NCBI GenBank assembly: GCA_044507735.1
Contig: JBIQJB010000011.1
Location: 1 to 64,000 of the forward strand
DNA: 64,000 nucleotides
Direction of reading: 5' to 3'
From: Nitrosopumilales archaeon
GTDB lineage: Archaea > Thermoproteota > Nitrososphaeria > Nitrososphaerales > Nitrososphaeraceae
Shown: piece by piece, positions 48,074 to 57,023 of the stretch
How positions within the stretch are numbered: the first letter of the stretch is position 1
Layout of the letters: the number at the start of each line of letters is the position of its first letter
Position numbers and translations under genes: made by a program
Notes under the pieces: generated by a model
The model's database searches: none
What the model saw: the letters and a program-made list of their open reading frames with translations, nothing else
What the model was told of the DNA's origin: nothing

Positions 48074-48636
48074 TTCTTGGCTTCTACGGTATAAATGTTC
48101 GAGTAGGTAGGTCCTGAGGGAGAAAGGACGCTCTTTTTGAGGTGTATGCGGTCTATAAAGTCTGAACCAAAAGTCTGGTTTTGATATTTTGCCACAATGT
48201 CGTTTATTGCCAAAGGCCTCCCCTTTGCGCGGAAGATGGTCATGTGTGGTGAAAATGGCTTGTCGGCAGAAAACCCAAGCTCGACCATCTTGTCCACCAC
48301 ATTGTTTGCTAGCGCAGTCAGTTTTTCACCCCCCGCTTGATCTACTCCTACCCAGATCACGCGTGCAGAAGTCGGCCTCGGAAAGGCTCCGACCCCCACA
48401 TAAGTCAGAGAGAAGGGCTCAAAGTGCACTTCGGCCATCTTGTCCCTTATCTTCAAGACATCACTATCACTCTTTTCACCAAGGAAAATGAGAGTAAAGT
48501 GAAAGTTCCGGGTTTCTACCGGCTTTACGTCTCTCGCACTCCACCGCGCAGCGGAGATTATCTCATTTTGCAGCTTCGCTATAGCACCTGATGAAACATC
48601 GACTGCAATAAAGACCCGCATTGTTCTGAGTATCAC
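48070..48636 (-). CDS. thpR: RNA 2',3'-cyclic phosphodiesterase (2H family)
   Basis: MRVFIAV, HFTL and HMTI 2H motifs, GPTY. Confidence 0.92.
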   Translation of the reverse strand: MILRTMRVFIAVDVSSGAIAKLQNEIISAARWSARDVKPVETRNFHFTLIFLGEKSDSDVLKIRDKMAEVHFEPFSLTYVGVGAFPRPTSARVIWVGVDQAGGEKLTALANNVVDKMVELGFSADKPFSPHMTIFRAKGRPLAINDIVAKYQNQTFGSDFIDRIHLKKSVLSPSGPTYSNIYTVEAKK

Positions 48637-48867
48637 AGGGATTGACTATATTATTTGCACGCCCTGTTCCACCTTTTGATTCCCGCTTGGCTCGTTCAGG
48701 CTATCAAGTGTCAGCGGCCAAGTCTCGCACAGAGGCGGGTTGAGGCAGGGGTCGTTGTAGTCGAACTATGGCCCTCCAGGGTCTATGATGCCGCGGCGAT
48801 GTGAAGTGATTAACGCAATTGCCGTTTCATAAAAGGTTTCAAATACACCGACGAATCATGAATTCTG

Positions 48868-49254
48868 TTGGCCGGGGCTGATAGTTTTGCAGTCGAGCAG
48901 GGAAAGGCGCATGAGGTTATAGAGTGGATGAACGCGCATGCCGAAAAGAACAACCAAAAGCTCAAAGCAAAGCTGTCAGGCTATACGATGCAGACTGCCA
49001 GATTTGGAACCTTTGAGATAATTTCATGGAGTGGTGACTGGCCCACAGCGCGCAACTTGATCAAAAAGGCGAGCAGCAAGGTCGGGGCCAAGGTCATAGA
49101 GTCGGGCTACCATGAGAAGAGGGACCTGCTCTCTGCAATGTTTGGGAGCCCCTCGGAATTTGGCAAAGTATATTCAAACGGCAAGCTAGTCGGACAAATA
49201 GAGATGGTCAAAAAGTCCGGCAAGTGGATTTCAAAGGCAGAGAGTTTTGCCTAG
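48868..49254 (+). CDS. Hypothetical protein
   Basis: 128-aa ORF filling the gap, with a TATA-like element upstream. Confidence 0.7.
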   Translation: MAGADSFAVEQGKAHEVIEWMNAHAEKNNQKLKAKLSGYTMQTARFGTFEIISWSGDWPTARNLIKKASSKVGAKVIESGYHEKRDLLSAMFGSPSEFGKVYSNGKLVGQIEMVKKSGKWISKAESFA

Positions 49255-50328
49255 CTACTTTTTGCTCTTGAAGTAAGCCCGCTTCATCTCATCGACCCAA
49301 GCATTCTTTTTCTCGTATATCCGCTTGTGAGCCCTCGGCTTGCACACCGACATCGCGTACGAACACAGCAGCGGGAAATACACCGACGAATCTCCGTAGA
49401 CAATGACATTGCCCTTGTGTGATGTCTTGATCTTGCCCCAGCTCTTCCCCTCCTGCAGGGTCGCGCCAGAGAGGCCGCCAGTGTCAGGTCTCGCATCTGT
49501 CAACTGGATGAGATAGTCCTGACCTCCTTCCTTGATGTTCAGTATCTGATATAGCGCTGGCCCGGTCTGCTGGAAAAAGTTCTTTGGAACTCCACCACCC
49601 AATTCAAGTCCACCCGACCGATCGCTCTTCCACAAAATCGCGGCAGATTCAGCCACGTCGAGAATGACATTTGGAAGGACGCTCTTGCCTTCAAGTAGCA
49701 TAGGAAGCATGTTGAGCCCGATTGAAGAGTCTCCTATCGCAGGCATGTAAACTGGGACTTTGTGCTCATAGGCTTTGACCAAGAAGGACTTTTCTGGATA
49801 CTTGCTGTTTTCCTTGGCAGCCTTGCCCAATGCATATGCGATGTCGGCGGTGGAAGCGTTCGGAGGCACATCTTTTGCTCTCCGAATCTCTTTTTGCACG
49901 ATCAGATCCTGTGCTTGCAGAGTCCCCATCTCCTTGATGTAGACATCATAGATCCTTACGATCTGTTTCTCATACAGAATATCGTCGTCGACATTGAAGT
50001 GCCCCTGTCTCACTGGCAAGTCATAAGCGAAATGGAGGTCGTGGTAGACGTTGGCGCCGGTAGCAACAATCCAATCAATAAAGCCTTTCTCTATCATTCC
50101 TGAAATCGCCCTGCCCAGCCCGATCGGGGTCATTGCCCCTGCAAGAGTCAGGCAAACAGTCGAGTTGGTGTTTATCATATCCTCAAGAATCTCGGCCGCC
50201 TCGGCCAGCCGGCGGGCGTTGTAGCCGGTTGAGCCGTAAAATTTGATCAGGTCTGGGACGGTCATGTTCGCCGAGACTTTCTGAGGGTCGATCTTTCTGC
50301 CGGTAAATGTATGCCTGCTGTCCACCAC
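49255..50328 (-). CDS. Deoxyhypusine-synthase-like protein (possible homospermidine synthase type)
   Basis: LAGAMTP, TGANVYHD, DSSIG, GGGVPKN, GGLSGA..EGKSWGK. Confidence 0.88.
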   Translation of the reverse strand: MVDSRHTFTGRKIDPQKVSANMTVPDLIKFYGSTGYNARRLAEAAEILEDMINTNSTVCLTLAGAMTPIGLGRAISGMIEKGFIDWIVATGANVYHDLHFAYDLPVRQGHFNVDDDILYEKQIVRIYDVYIKEMGTLQAQDLIVQKEIRRAKDVPPNASTADIAYALGKAAKENSKYPEKSFLVKAYEHKVPVYMPAIGDSSIGLNMLPMLLEGKSVLPNVILDVAESAAILWKSDRSGGLELGGGVPKNFFQQTGPALYQILNIKEGGQDYLIQLTDARPDTGGLSGATLQEGKSWGKIKTSHKGNVIVYGDSSVYFPLLCSYAMSVCKPRAHKRIYEKKNAWVDEMKRAYFKSKK

Positions 50329-50360
50329 TTTGCTACAAATATACTTCTATTAAAAATTCA

Positions 50361-50776
50361 CTATCGCCCGCTGACGGGTTGCAAGTCATTTCGTGCATGC
50401 ATCATGATCGAACTGACAGTTGGGATGAAACTGCTCAGCTGGACTCTTCGATGGTGTGTATCATCTCAGATTAACAAATGAAGGGCTAGAAGGTCGGAAC
50501 ATGTATGGTATCAGAGGAAGAATGGGACCGAGCGTTTTTGGTGGGGGTGGGAGCAGCCACCTCGAGTTGGTCCTATAGTTCACCCACTTTGGGACGGTGG
50601 CGGCGATCACCTCATCGAAGATGACATTAGCAGCTGCCAAGCTCAAGCGGGCGTAGAGAAAAGCACACGTCTGAATCTGCTGAGGCGTGTGGCGTAGATA
50701 GCAAGAGCAAGCCGACAGGGAAAGGCAAGACACATCAAGAAAGACTCATTAGTCTAGGCGGCCTGACAGAGGCTGC
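50361..50776 (+). ncRNA. Candidate structured non-coding RNA or long 5' leader
   Basis: No credible ORF. Multiple nested long-range helices whose G-U pairs favour the + strand (see findings). Confidence 0.5.
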
Positions 50777-50777
50777 A

Positions 50778-51746
50778 ATGGCTGGCCGCAGACCGAAGAA
50801 AGGCAAGGAACTTTTGCGCAACCCGGTAAGAGATTACTTGGTTGACCGTAATGACGATTTCAATACCATCTTTTCAAAAATGGCAAGTTCGGGGGGCTTT
50901 GAATCGCGGAATCTCGCCGATGGCGTCGACATCCTGCGAAGGATGATCGATGACAAAGGCTGCACCAAGTTCATGTCATTTGTGGGCGCGCTGATGTCCA
51001 CAGGAGCCAGAGGCATTGTCCGCGACATGGTAAAGAACAAGATGTGCGATGTGATTATCACTACCTGCGGCGCCCTTGATCATGACATCGCAAGAGCCCA
51101 TGACAAATACTATTCTGGCGACTTTAGGATGGACGATGGAATGCTGCTTGACAAGAATATCCATCGCCTGGGCAACGTGCTAGTTCCGATGGGCAACTAT
51201 GGTCCACTCATCGAAGACAAAGTGCAAGAGTATCTGAATAACATGTACAAGGAAGGCAGTCGCAACGTTTCAACGTATGAGATTTGCGACTATATCGGTA
51301 GCAACCTTGACAAGTCGTCATTTCTATACTGGGCCCATAAGAACAAGATCCCCGTGATAGTGCCAGGCATCGTCGATGGCGCTGTGGGGAGCCAGATCTG
51401 GTTCTTTTACCAGCAGCACAGAGACTTTAAGATAGACATCCTGAAGGATCAGAGCAGGCTATCCGATATCGTTTTTGAATCCAAGAAATCCGGTGCATTC
51501 ATGATAGGCGGAGGAATTTCAAAGCATCATACTCTTTGGTGGAACCAGTTCAGAGGCGGGCTTGACTATGCGGTCTATATCACCACTGCGCCCGAATGGG
51601 ACGGAAGCTTGAGTGGCGCACTTGTGGCAGAGGCGATATCTTGGGGCAAGGTGACTGCTAGGGCAAAACAGGTCACCATCCATGGCGAGGCGACTACTCT
51701 TTTGCCGTTCATTTACGCTGCGCTAATCAACAAGGCAAAAGTATAG
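50778..51746 (+). CDS. dys: Deoxyhypusine synthase
   Basis: HRLGN, DGAVGS, GGGISKHH, DGSLSGA..EAISWGK (catalytic Lys). Confidence 0.92.
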   Translation: MAGRRPKKGKELLRNPVRDYLVDRNDDFNTIFSKMASSGGFESRNLADGVDILRRMIDDKGCTKFMSFVGALMSTGARGIVRDMVKNKMCDVIITTCGALDHDIARAHDKYYSGDFRMDDGMLLDKNIHRLGNVLVPMGNYGPLIEDKVQEYLNNMYKEGSRNVSTYEICDYIGSNLDKSSFLYWAHKNKIPVIVPGIVDGAVGSQIWFFYQQHRDFKIDILKDQSRLSDIVFESKKSGAFMIGGGISKHHTLWWNQFRGGLDYAVYITTAPEWDGSLSGALVAEAISWGKVTARAKQVTIHGEATTLLPFIYAALINKAKV

Positions 51747-51834
51747 AGCAGTGATACGCTGCTACTACCGTCGTCGTCGTCGTCGCGACGAGTGCGGATA
51801 TCAAGTATAGCAGAAGAAGAAACTTTGAATCTCT

Positions 51835-52542
51835 CTAAAAGATACCAAGCGCAAAACTTACCGACATTGCAGCCAGTATTACGGCACTCAGTTTTGGAAG
51901 ATACTTTGCATACTTGATAATCCTGTGCTCAACACGCACATAGAGTCTTACAGCCAGCACGGTTATTCCAATAAGCGCAGCGGAAACGGACGTAGCATAA
52001 GCTAGCATCAGAACAAGCGGGTTCACCCCACCAAATGCGAGAGCAAGGATAACAAATTCCTCTTCGTGAGCGAAACCCAAGACCAATGCAAACCCAGCTA
52101 TCGCCGCCAGCGTCGGTACTGACCTCTTTTCATGTACATGCGAATGGACATGGTTGCCTACATCGTCGTGCCAATGCATGTGTTCATGTTCTATCCGGTC
52201 AGGGATGTCATGATGGAGATGACCATGCTGGGATTCCAGATGATCGGTGCCTCGTTCCTTCCAAAAGATGTATGCCAATACGGCCAAGGCTGCAGCTACA
52301 AAATAGTTCAGATAGAGCTCAGGTACGTCCACAAATCTCGTAACTAGGACGTACGCAAGCACGACAACAATGGAAGACAGAAAATGCGCGCCAGCAATTA
52401 TTCCCGAGCTGATGACGCTGCTGCGCAAAGGCGTCTCGCCACGTACAGAATACAACACCGCAACTATCCAGCCGTGCGATGGGTTCAATCCATGTAACAG
52501 ACCAAATGCGATTATGCCTAGCAGGACTGGATCATTCTGCAT
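51835..52542 (-). CDS. Nickel/cobalt transporter (NicO/RcnA-like, His-rich loop)
   Basis: GLLHGLNPSHGW, His-rich loop, GFAHEEE; near the urease genes. Confidence 0.8.
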   Translation of the reverse strand: MQNDPVLLGIIAFGLLHGLNPSHGWIVAVLYSVRGETPLRSSVISSGIIAGAHFLSSIVVVLAYVLVTRFVDVPELYLNYFVAAALAVLAYIFWKERGTDHLESQHGHLHHDIPDRIEHEHMHWHDDVGNHVHSHVHEKRSVPTLAAIAGFALVLGFAHEEEFVILALAFGGVNPLVLMLAYATSVSAALIGITVLAVRLYVRVEHRIIKYAKYLPKLSAVILAAMSVSFALGIF

Positions 52543-52892
52543 ATTTTGAAATTGGCTGCCTCGAATAATTATTAATAATTGTTGTAAGAGAAGAGGATAC
52601 GCGACATATGACAGATCCCTCTAATGGTAACCAAGCCACGCAGATGCAGCTTGTAATGGATGCCAATTCCATAACCCTCCATGCATCCTTGATGCCCGGT
52701 GTACTCACCACGCAAAGATTTGAAGGAACCGACTGTTATCCAAAATTCATTAGCTTCATGAAGCAGACAGCTGCAGAGAAGAAAAGATCTCCCATCATTG
52801 CGGAAATAGTCATTCTTTAGCCGGAAGATTCTGCGGCAGAGCATGGATCCACGGCGACATCCGCAAATGTTTATAATGTTAGACCGTGATAG

Positions 52893-53060
52893 ATGTTTTG
52901 GCCCGAAATGAACGCGTTTGACAAACACCGCAAAGGCGTTACGGCATGGTGTGAGGACTGCGAAAGCGTTTTTGACTCCAAGTGGCTTGCCGACCAGCAC
53001 AAGGAAGAGCATGGACACAATGTCAAGATCACAGAGTTCTTGATAACAGGAAGAAGATAA
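52893..53060 (+). CDS. 55-aa C2H2-type Zn-finger protein
   Basis: Manual translation ...WCEDCESVFDSKWLADQHKEEHGH...; TTTATAA ~20 nt upstream. Confidence 0.6.
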   Translation: MFWPEMNAFDKHRKGVTAWCEDCESVFDSKWLADQHKEEHGHNVKITEFLITGRR

Positions 53061-53086
53061 CGACTGACTATTGGGTGGCGAGAGGA

Positions 53087-53392
53087 TCACTCAGGGATAT
53101 TGTTGCGATGGTGGCTCTCCTCCAATGTATCTTGAATGTCATGCAACCACACATCACCTTTTTCAGTTATGCTCCACAGTTCGCGGTTATCGGATTTGAT
53201 CCATTGCATACCTTGCAAAATCCTGACGAAATGACTAATGAAATTTTCTTCAATCTCCAGATCTGCAGCCAACTTTTCTATACTACAGCTCCTTCTCTCA
53301 AGCCTTTGTAGCAATGCGATGGCCTGCTGCAAAGGAGTATAGCATTCAAATTTAGCAGGATTGACACCTGTGCTAGCAGGTCTGCCAGACAT
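53087..53392 (-). CDS. Small winged-helix-like protein
   Basis: SIEKLAADL..ISHFVRILQGMQWI..WSITEKG. Confidence 0.55.
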   Translation of the reverse strand: MSGRPASTGVNPAKFECYTPLQQAIALLQRLERRSCSIEKLAADLEIEENFISHFVRILQGMQWIKSDNRELWSITEKGDVWLHDIQDTLEESHHRNNIPE

Positions 53393-53649
53393 GACAGAGA
53401 TTTTCTAACTAGGCTTGCCATAAGTACTAAGCGGTATAATCTAGTAGAAAAATTGTACATGTCGACAGGCACAACATCCACATTGGCGAATTGTCATATC
53501 TCTTCATCTCTCTCTTCTGAATAGTCTGCACTAATCCAAAAGACAATCACGAGATGCACAGAAGAATTTTGAATTCCCAATTCAGAGTGTTACAAAAAAA
53601 TCGTCCCCAGTAGATAATAGCGCTCCCCCAAGTGGAGCCTATGCCCAGA

Positions 53650-54651
53650 TCATCCCTTCCTAATTCCGCTGAAAGGCGCGTTTAGCACCACTTTTCTCAC
53701 GGATTTCACCACTTCAAAGATCGCAGATCTCACATCGCTTGCAGTGCTACCCAGCAGCCTCACTATGACCCCGCTGTTATCTGGGAGAATGGATGCGCCT
53801 CCAGCGATGACTCCTGATGTCATTGCCTCGATTTCCTGGCTTATCTTTTCATAAAGTTCAGACACCTTCTCTTTACCCGTAAGAACATATGCGGTTCCAA
53901 AAACATCATGCTTCTCCAATATCCCAAATGCACTCATGCTGCGCTTCTTGGGCTCCAATATCGCAACGTCATAGCACCTCATGCGGCCCTCTTGGTTCTT
54001 GGCGACAGTTTTCATGTAGCAGATATCATAGTCGAAATGTTCGCCTCCTGCCACCCTTCCTGGTGTAACCATCTCGGAATATACCAAGGTGGCATTGTCG
54101 TGAATGTTGAGATTTGCGATCTGGTAGAATCGGGAGCTTCTGTATGGTATTATTTGATCTGGAATGTATTCGAGATAGCAGCCTTGGTCTACAGTGATAT
54201 TTACAATCTGGGTGGCGAAATTTTTCTCCATCCGGTATACCCGGGTGGCACCCTGAGTGGTGAGGTGCGCCATTCCGCCCTTTTTCAGAGCAATATCCAT
54301 CCTGTACCGATCCCCTTGCAGTATGCCGCCTGAGGGTGAGATGATATACATATAGGCCATCGACGGAAGTGCCTCTTCCAGGTACAAAGCGCGCTGAGTG
54401 TAAAGAGGGACTCGAGAGTATTGCTGCTTCACAGTCGTCTTTCCCGATGTTTCGTCTTTTTCCAGCCTCAAGATCAGGCCGCCCAGCTTGCCGGCTTTTC
54501 CCACTTCTAGCTGATCGAGCTTCGAGGCGTATTCAAGTACTTCTGGCGGAACACTCGACGGAAGATAGTACTCGAGCTTGTTTACATCTAGTTCTTCCAA
54601 TGGCTTTTCAGCGTCTAGCAATGGCTTTGGGCTGCGACTCAAACAAAACAT
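53650..54651 (-). CDS. ureD: Urease accessory protein UreD
   Basis: SPSGGILQGD, TTQGATRVY, LEYIPDQIIPY, PGRVA. Confidence 0.92.
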   Translation of the reverse strand: MFCLSRSPKPLLDAEKPLEELDVNKLEYYLPSSVPPEVLEYASKLDQLEVGKAGKLGGLILRLEKDETSGKTTVKQQYSRVPLYTQRALYLEEALPSMAYMYIISPSGGILQGDRYRMDIALKKGGMAHLTTQGATRVYRMEKNFATQIVNITVDQGCYLEYIPDQIIPYRSSRFYQIANLNIHDNATLVYSEMVTPGRVAGGEHFDYDICYMKTVAKNQEGRMRCYDVAILEPKKRSMSAFGILEKHDVFGTAYVLTGKEKVSELYEKISQEIEAMTSGVIAGGASILPDNSGVIVRLLGSTASDVRSAIFEVVKSVRKVVLNAPFSGIRKG

Positions 54652-55264
54652 CCCTGATCAAGTGTTCTGCGACTTTGGATATTCCTTCACCTGTTTTGCA
54701 ATTCACAAATACATGGGGCTTGTTCCCTCTGACAACTTTGGCATCTCTATCCATTACCGACAGGTCAGCTCCGACAAGTGGAGCCAGATCTATCTTGTTG
54801 ATGACCAACAGGTCGCATGTTTCTATTCCAAGACCCCGTTTTCTGGGATACTTGTCGCCACCTGATACATCTATGATATAAATGAAATAATCTGCCAGCG
54901 CAGGGCTAAAGGTAGTAGTGATGTTGTCTCCACCGCTTTCAATCATGATCATGTCAAGATACCCATGCTTCAATTCCATCTCTTCGACGACAGACAGGTT
55001 CATCGAAGGATCCTCTCTCACCGCCGTATGTGGGCAGCCACCTGTAGCAAGCCCTATGACCAAGTCTTCTGGCATAAGGCGCTGCTCCGTAGCAAGGTTC
55101 CTGCGCATCCTATCTGCATCTTCCTTTGAAACTACATCATTTGAAATTATACCAACATTATATCCCTTGGCGGCCAGAACAGGAACTACTTTCTCTATCA
55201 ACATTGTCTTCCCTGAGCCTACAGGACCTCCCACGCCCACTCTCGGAATTCTGGTTTTACTCAA
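54608..55264 (-). CDS. ureG: Urease accessory GTPase UreG
   Basis: GGPVGSGKT, TGGCPH, ESGGDN, NKID. Confidence 0.97.
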   Translation of the reverse strand: MSKTRIPRVGVGGPVGSGKTMLIEKVVPVLAAKGYNVGIISNDVVSKEDADRMRRNLATEQRLMPEDLVIGLATGGCPHTAVREDPSMNLSVVEEMELKHGYLDMIMIESGGDNITTTFSPALADYFIYIIDVSGGDKYPRKRGLGIETCDLLVINKIDLAPLVGADLSVMDRDAKVVRGNKPHVFVNCKTGEGISKVAEHLIRDVLFESQPKAIARR

Positions 55265-55292
55265 CTCGATACCTCCACTAAACTAACCGAGT

Positions 55293-56060
55293 TTAAGTAA
55301 TAAACATTTTACTGCTCATTCTTTCATGTGTCATCTGGATGATATCCAGCTGGGGCGCAAACTGCCAAATTCCTTCCATCGGCCTTTCAATATATGATTC
55401 CACAGTCCTGGAAATGATTGGCTTTAACTCGTCGATTATTTTCTGTCCATCGAAATGCTGCAGCATCCCCAGACGCAGCGCCGCTCCAACAATGCTCACA
55501 GAAAAGGAGTACAGCATCATTATGCATGCCTTGCGTTTTGGGATAGAAAAGACATTTGCAGCTATGGCAAGTGCAACGGGATATGTGCCATGGCCCTTCC
55601 CTTCCTTCAATGCTGCAAGATATCCGCCAAGCACCTTGTTATCCGGTGAGAACGAATGGATGCACCTTAGCATCTGAGTGCCCGATCGCGACGAAGCCTC
55701 ACGTATTTCCTTAACCATTTTCATTGCGTGAATGATATTGTCCACTTCTAGCAACGAATCCAAGTCGCCTTTGGAGGCATAGTCATACGCGTTCCCAAGT
55801 GCAGTGCAGTCTGCAGGACCGATCTGGTGTTCGATAAATACCCCAACCAAGTCGCGAAGCTCGTCTGTACTCATTTTTTTTCTTTCGCTGTAGAATATTG
55901 CTTCCAACCCGCTAGAGGTCGTATACATGCCTGTTGGAAAGAAGGAGTCGGCGAGCTGCATCATTCCAATGTCAGCAATGTCTTCCATTCTTGCCGATCT
56001 TTCTTCGTCTCCCCTTCTTTGCTCAGTGCTCATGTACATCCATCCCCTCGTCAGGTTCAA
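55293..56060 (-). CDS. ureF: Urease accessory protein UreF
   Basis: QLADSFFPTG..SSGLE, AALRL, HERMSSKMFIT. Confidence 0.93.
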   Translation of the reverse strand: MNLTRGWMYMSTEQRRGDEERSARMEDIADIGMMQLADSFFPTGMYTTSSGLEAIFYSERKKMSTDELRDLVGVFIEHQIGPADCTALGNAYDYASKGDLDSLLEVDNIIHAMKMVKEIREASSRSGTQMLRCIHSFSPDNKVLGGYLAALKEGKGHGTYPVALAIAANVFSIPKRKACIMMLYSFSVSIVGAALRLGMLQHFDGQKIIDELKPIISRTVESYIERPMEGIWQFAPQLDIIQMTHERMSSKMFIT

Positions 56061-56550
56061 AAACCATTTTCACGCTTTTTATCTCCAAATGATCTTCAAG
56101 TGGGGAAAAGATCTTTCGGAACATCCCAACTTCAGCTTCATCTTGGATTGGAAAGTAAATAGTTCGTCCTTGCAATTTTAGCGGCCGGTGTAGATTGCCT
56201 ATCGCATGTCCAATCCTTGCAGGGATTTGCACCAGACTATCTTCGCCGTGGTGATCGTGTAAATTCTCTTTCAATGTCAAGGATATGACATTTTCAGGCT
56301 CGAGCTCTACGACTATCATCTGATCGCTTGTACGAAGAATAACATCCCCATGCCGCAGTTTTGTTCCTGATGGCAGCGTCATGGCAATGTCTGTGCCCTT
56401 GCTGGAGGTTTTGCGCATCCTGACGCGCTGCGATTCCATTCTGCTTATCTTCACTGACTCGGTGAGGGATTTTGATAGCATTTCCTTGTATTCTTTCGCA
56501 AGGTTCTCGTCCCTGTAGATGTTGCCAACTATTGAATCGATTGTTATCAT
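56023..56550 (-). CDS. ureE: Urease accessory protein UreE
   Basis: LRHGDV, GHAIGNLH, C-terminal HEH. Confidence 0.92.
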   Translation of the reverse strand: MITIDSIVGNIYRDENLAKEYKEMLSKSLTESVKISRMESQRVRMRKTSSKGTDIAMTLPSGTKLRHGDVILRTSDQMIVVELEPENVISLTLKENLHDHHGEDSLVQIPARIGHAIGNLHRPLKLQGRTIYFPIQDEAEVGMFRKIFSPLEDHLEIKSVKMVFEPDEGMDVHEH

Positions 56551-57023
56551 TTGGATGTCACTCCTTCTTGCTCGAGACTGCGGGGCGAGCTCACCCCCGT
56601 TGTTATTGTGGCTGCAGGTGCTGGCGGCGAAGGGTTCTTCCTCTTCACAGCGTTTATCATTCCTACTAGCCTTTGCGTGTAGTCTACCGGCCCATAGTGC
56701 GCATATGAGGACCTCTGTACGGTTGCGAAGAGGAGCCCGTCATCGTCCATTTTCACGTTAGCGCCTACGGCGAATTTTTCAGCTATGACGCATATTGTAA
56801 CTCTGTGGTCTGGAAAGTCCAAGTTCAGGTGCGAAGCTGGATCGATAAGGCCGGACATTGATTCAATCTTGCCCGCCTTTACAGTAACGTGTCTTATCTT
56901 GGTTGCATCCACCACATTCAATTCTTCGTCAACGTTGCTTTCTTCTACACAATGCCTGATCAACAATTGCAAATCATCTCTTTGTTTCAGATAGCGCCTG
57001 CTGGCTGAGGTCTTCGGCTGCAA
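56547..57023 (-). CDS. Hypothetical protein within the urease operon
   Basis: 158-aa ORF overlapping both neighbours. Confidence 0.7.
   Translation of the reverse strand: MQPKTSASRRYLKQRDDLQLLIRHCVEESNVDEELNVVDATKIRHVTVKAGKIESMSGLIDPASHLNLDFPDHRVTICVIAEKFAVGANVKMDDDGLLFATVQRSSYAHYGPVDYTQRLVGMINAVKRKNPSPPAPAATITTGVSSPRSLEQEGVTSK

Noticed and set aside
50361-50776. RNase P RNA, SRP RNA or group I intron
   Set aside because: No GAGGAAAGUCC / ACAGAA..GGCUUA P4 strands, no SRP helix-8 CAGG-GNRA-AGCA arrangement and no group I core motifs found by eye. The 90-aa minus-strand ORF looks spurious.
51768-51792. CGT trinucleotide run after dys
   Set aside because: Short simple repeat or hairpin between convergent genes; at most terminator-related.
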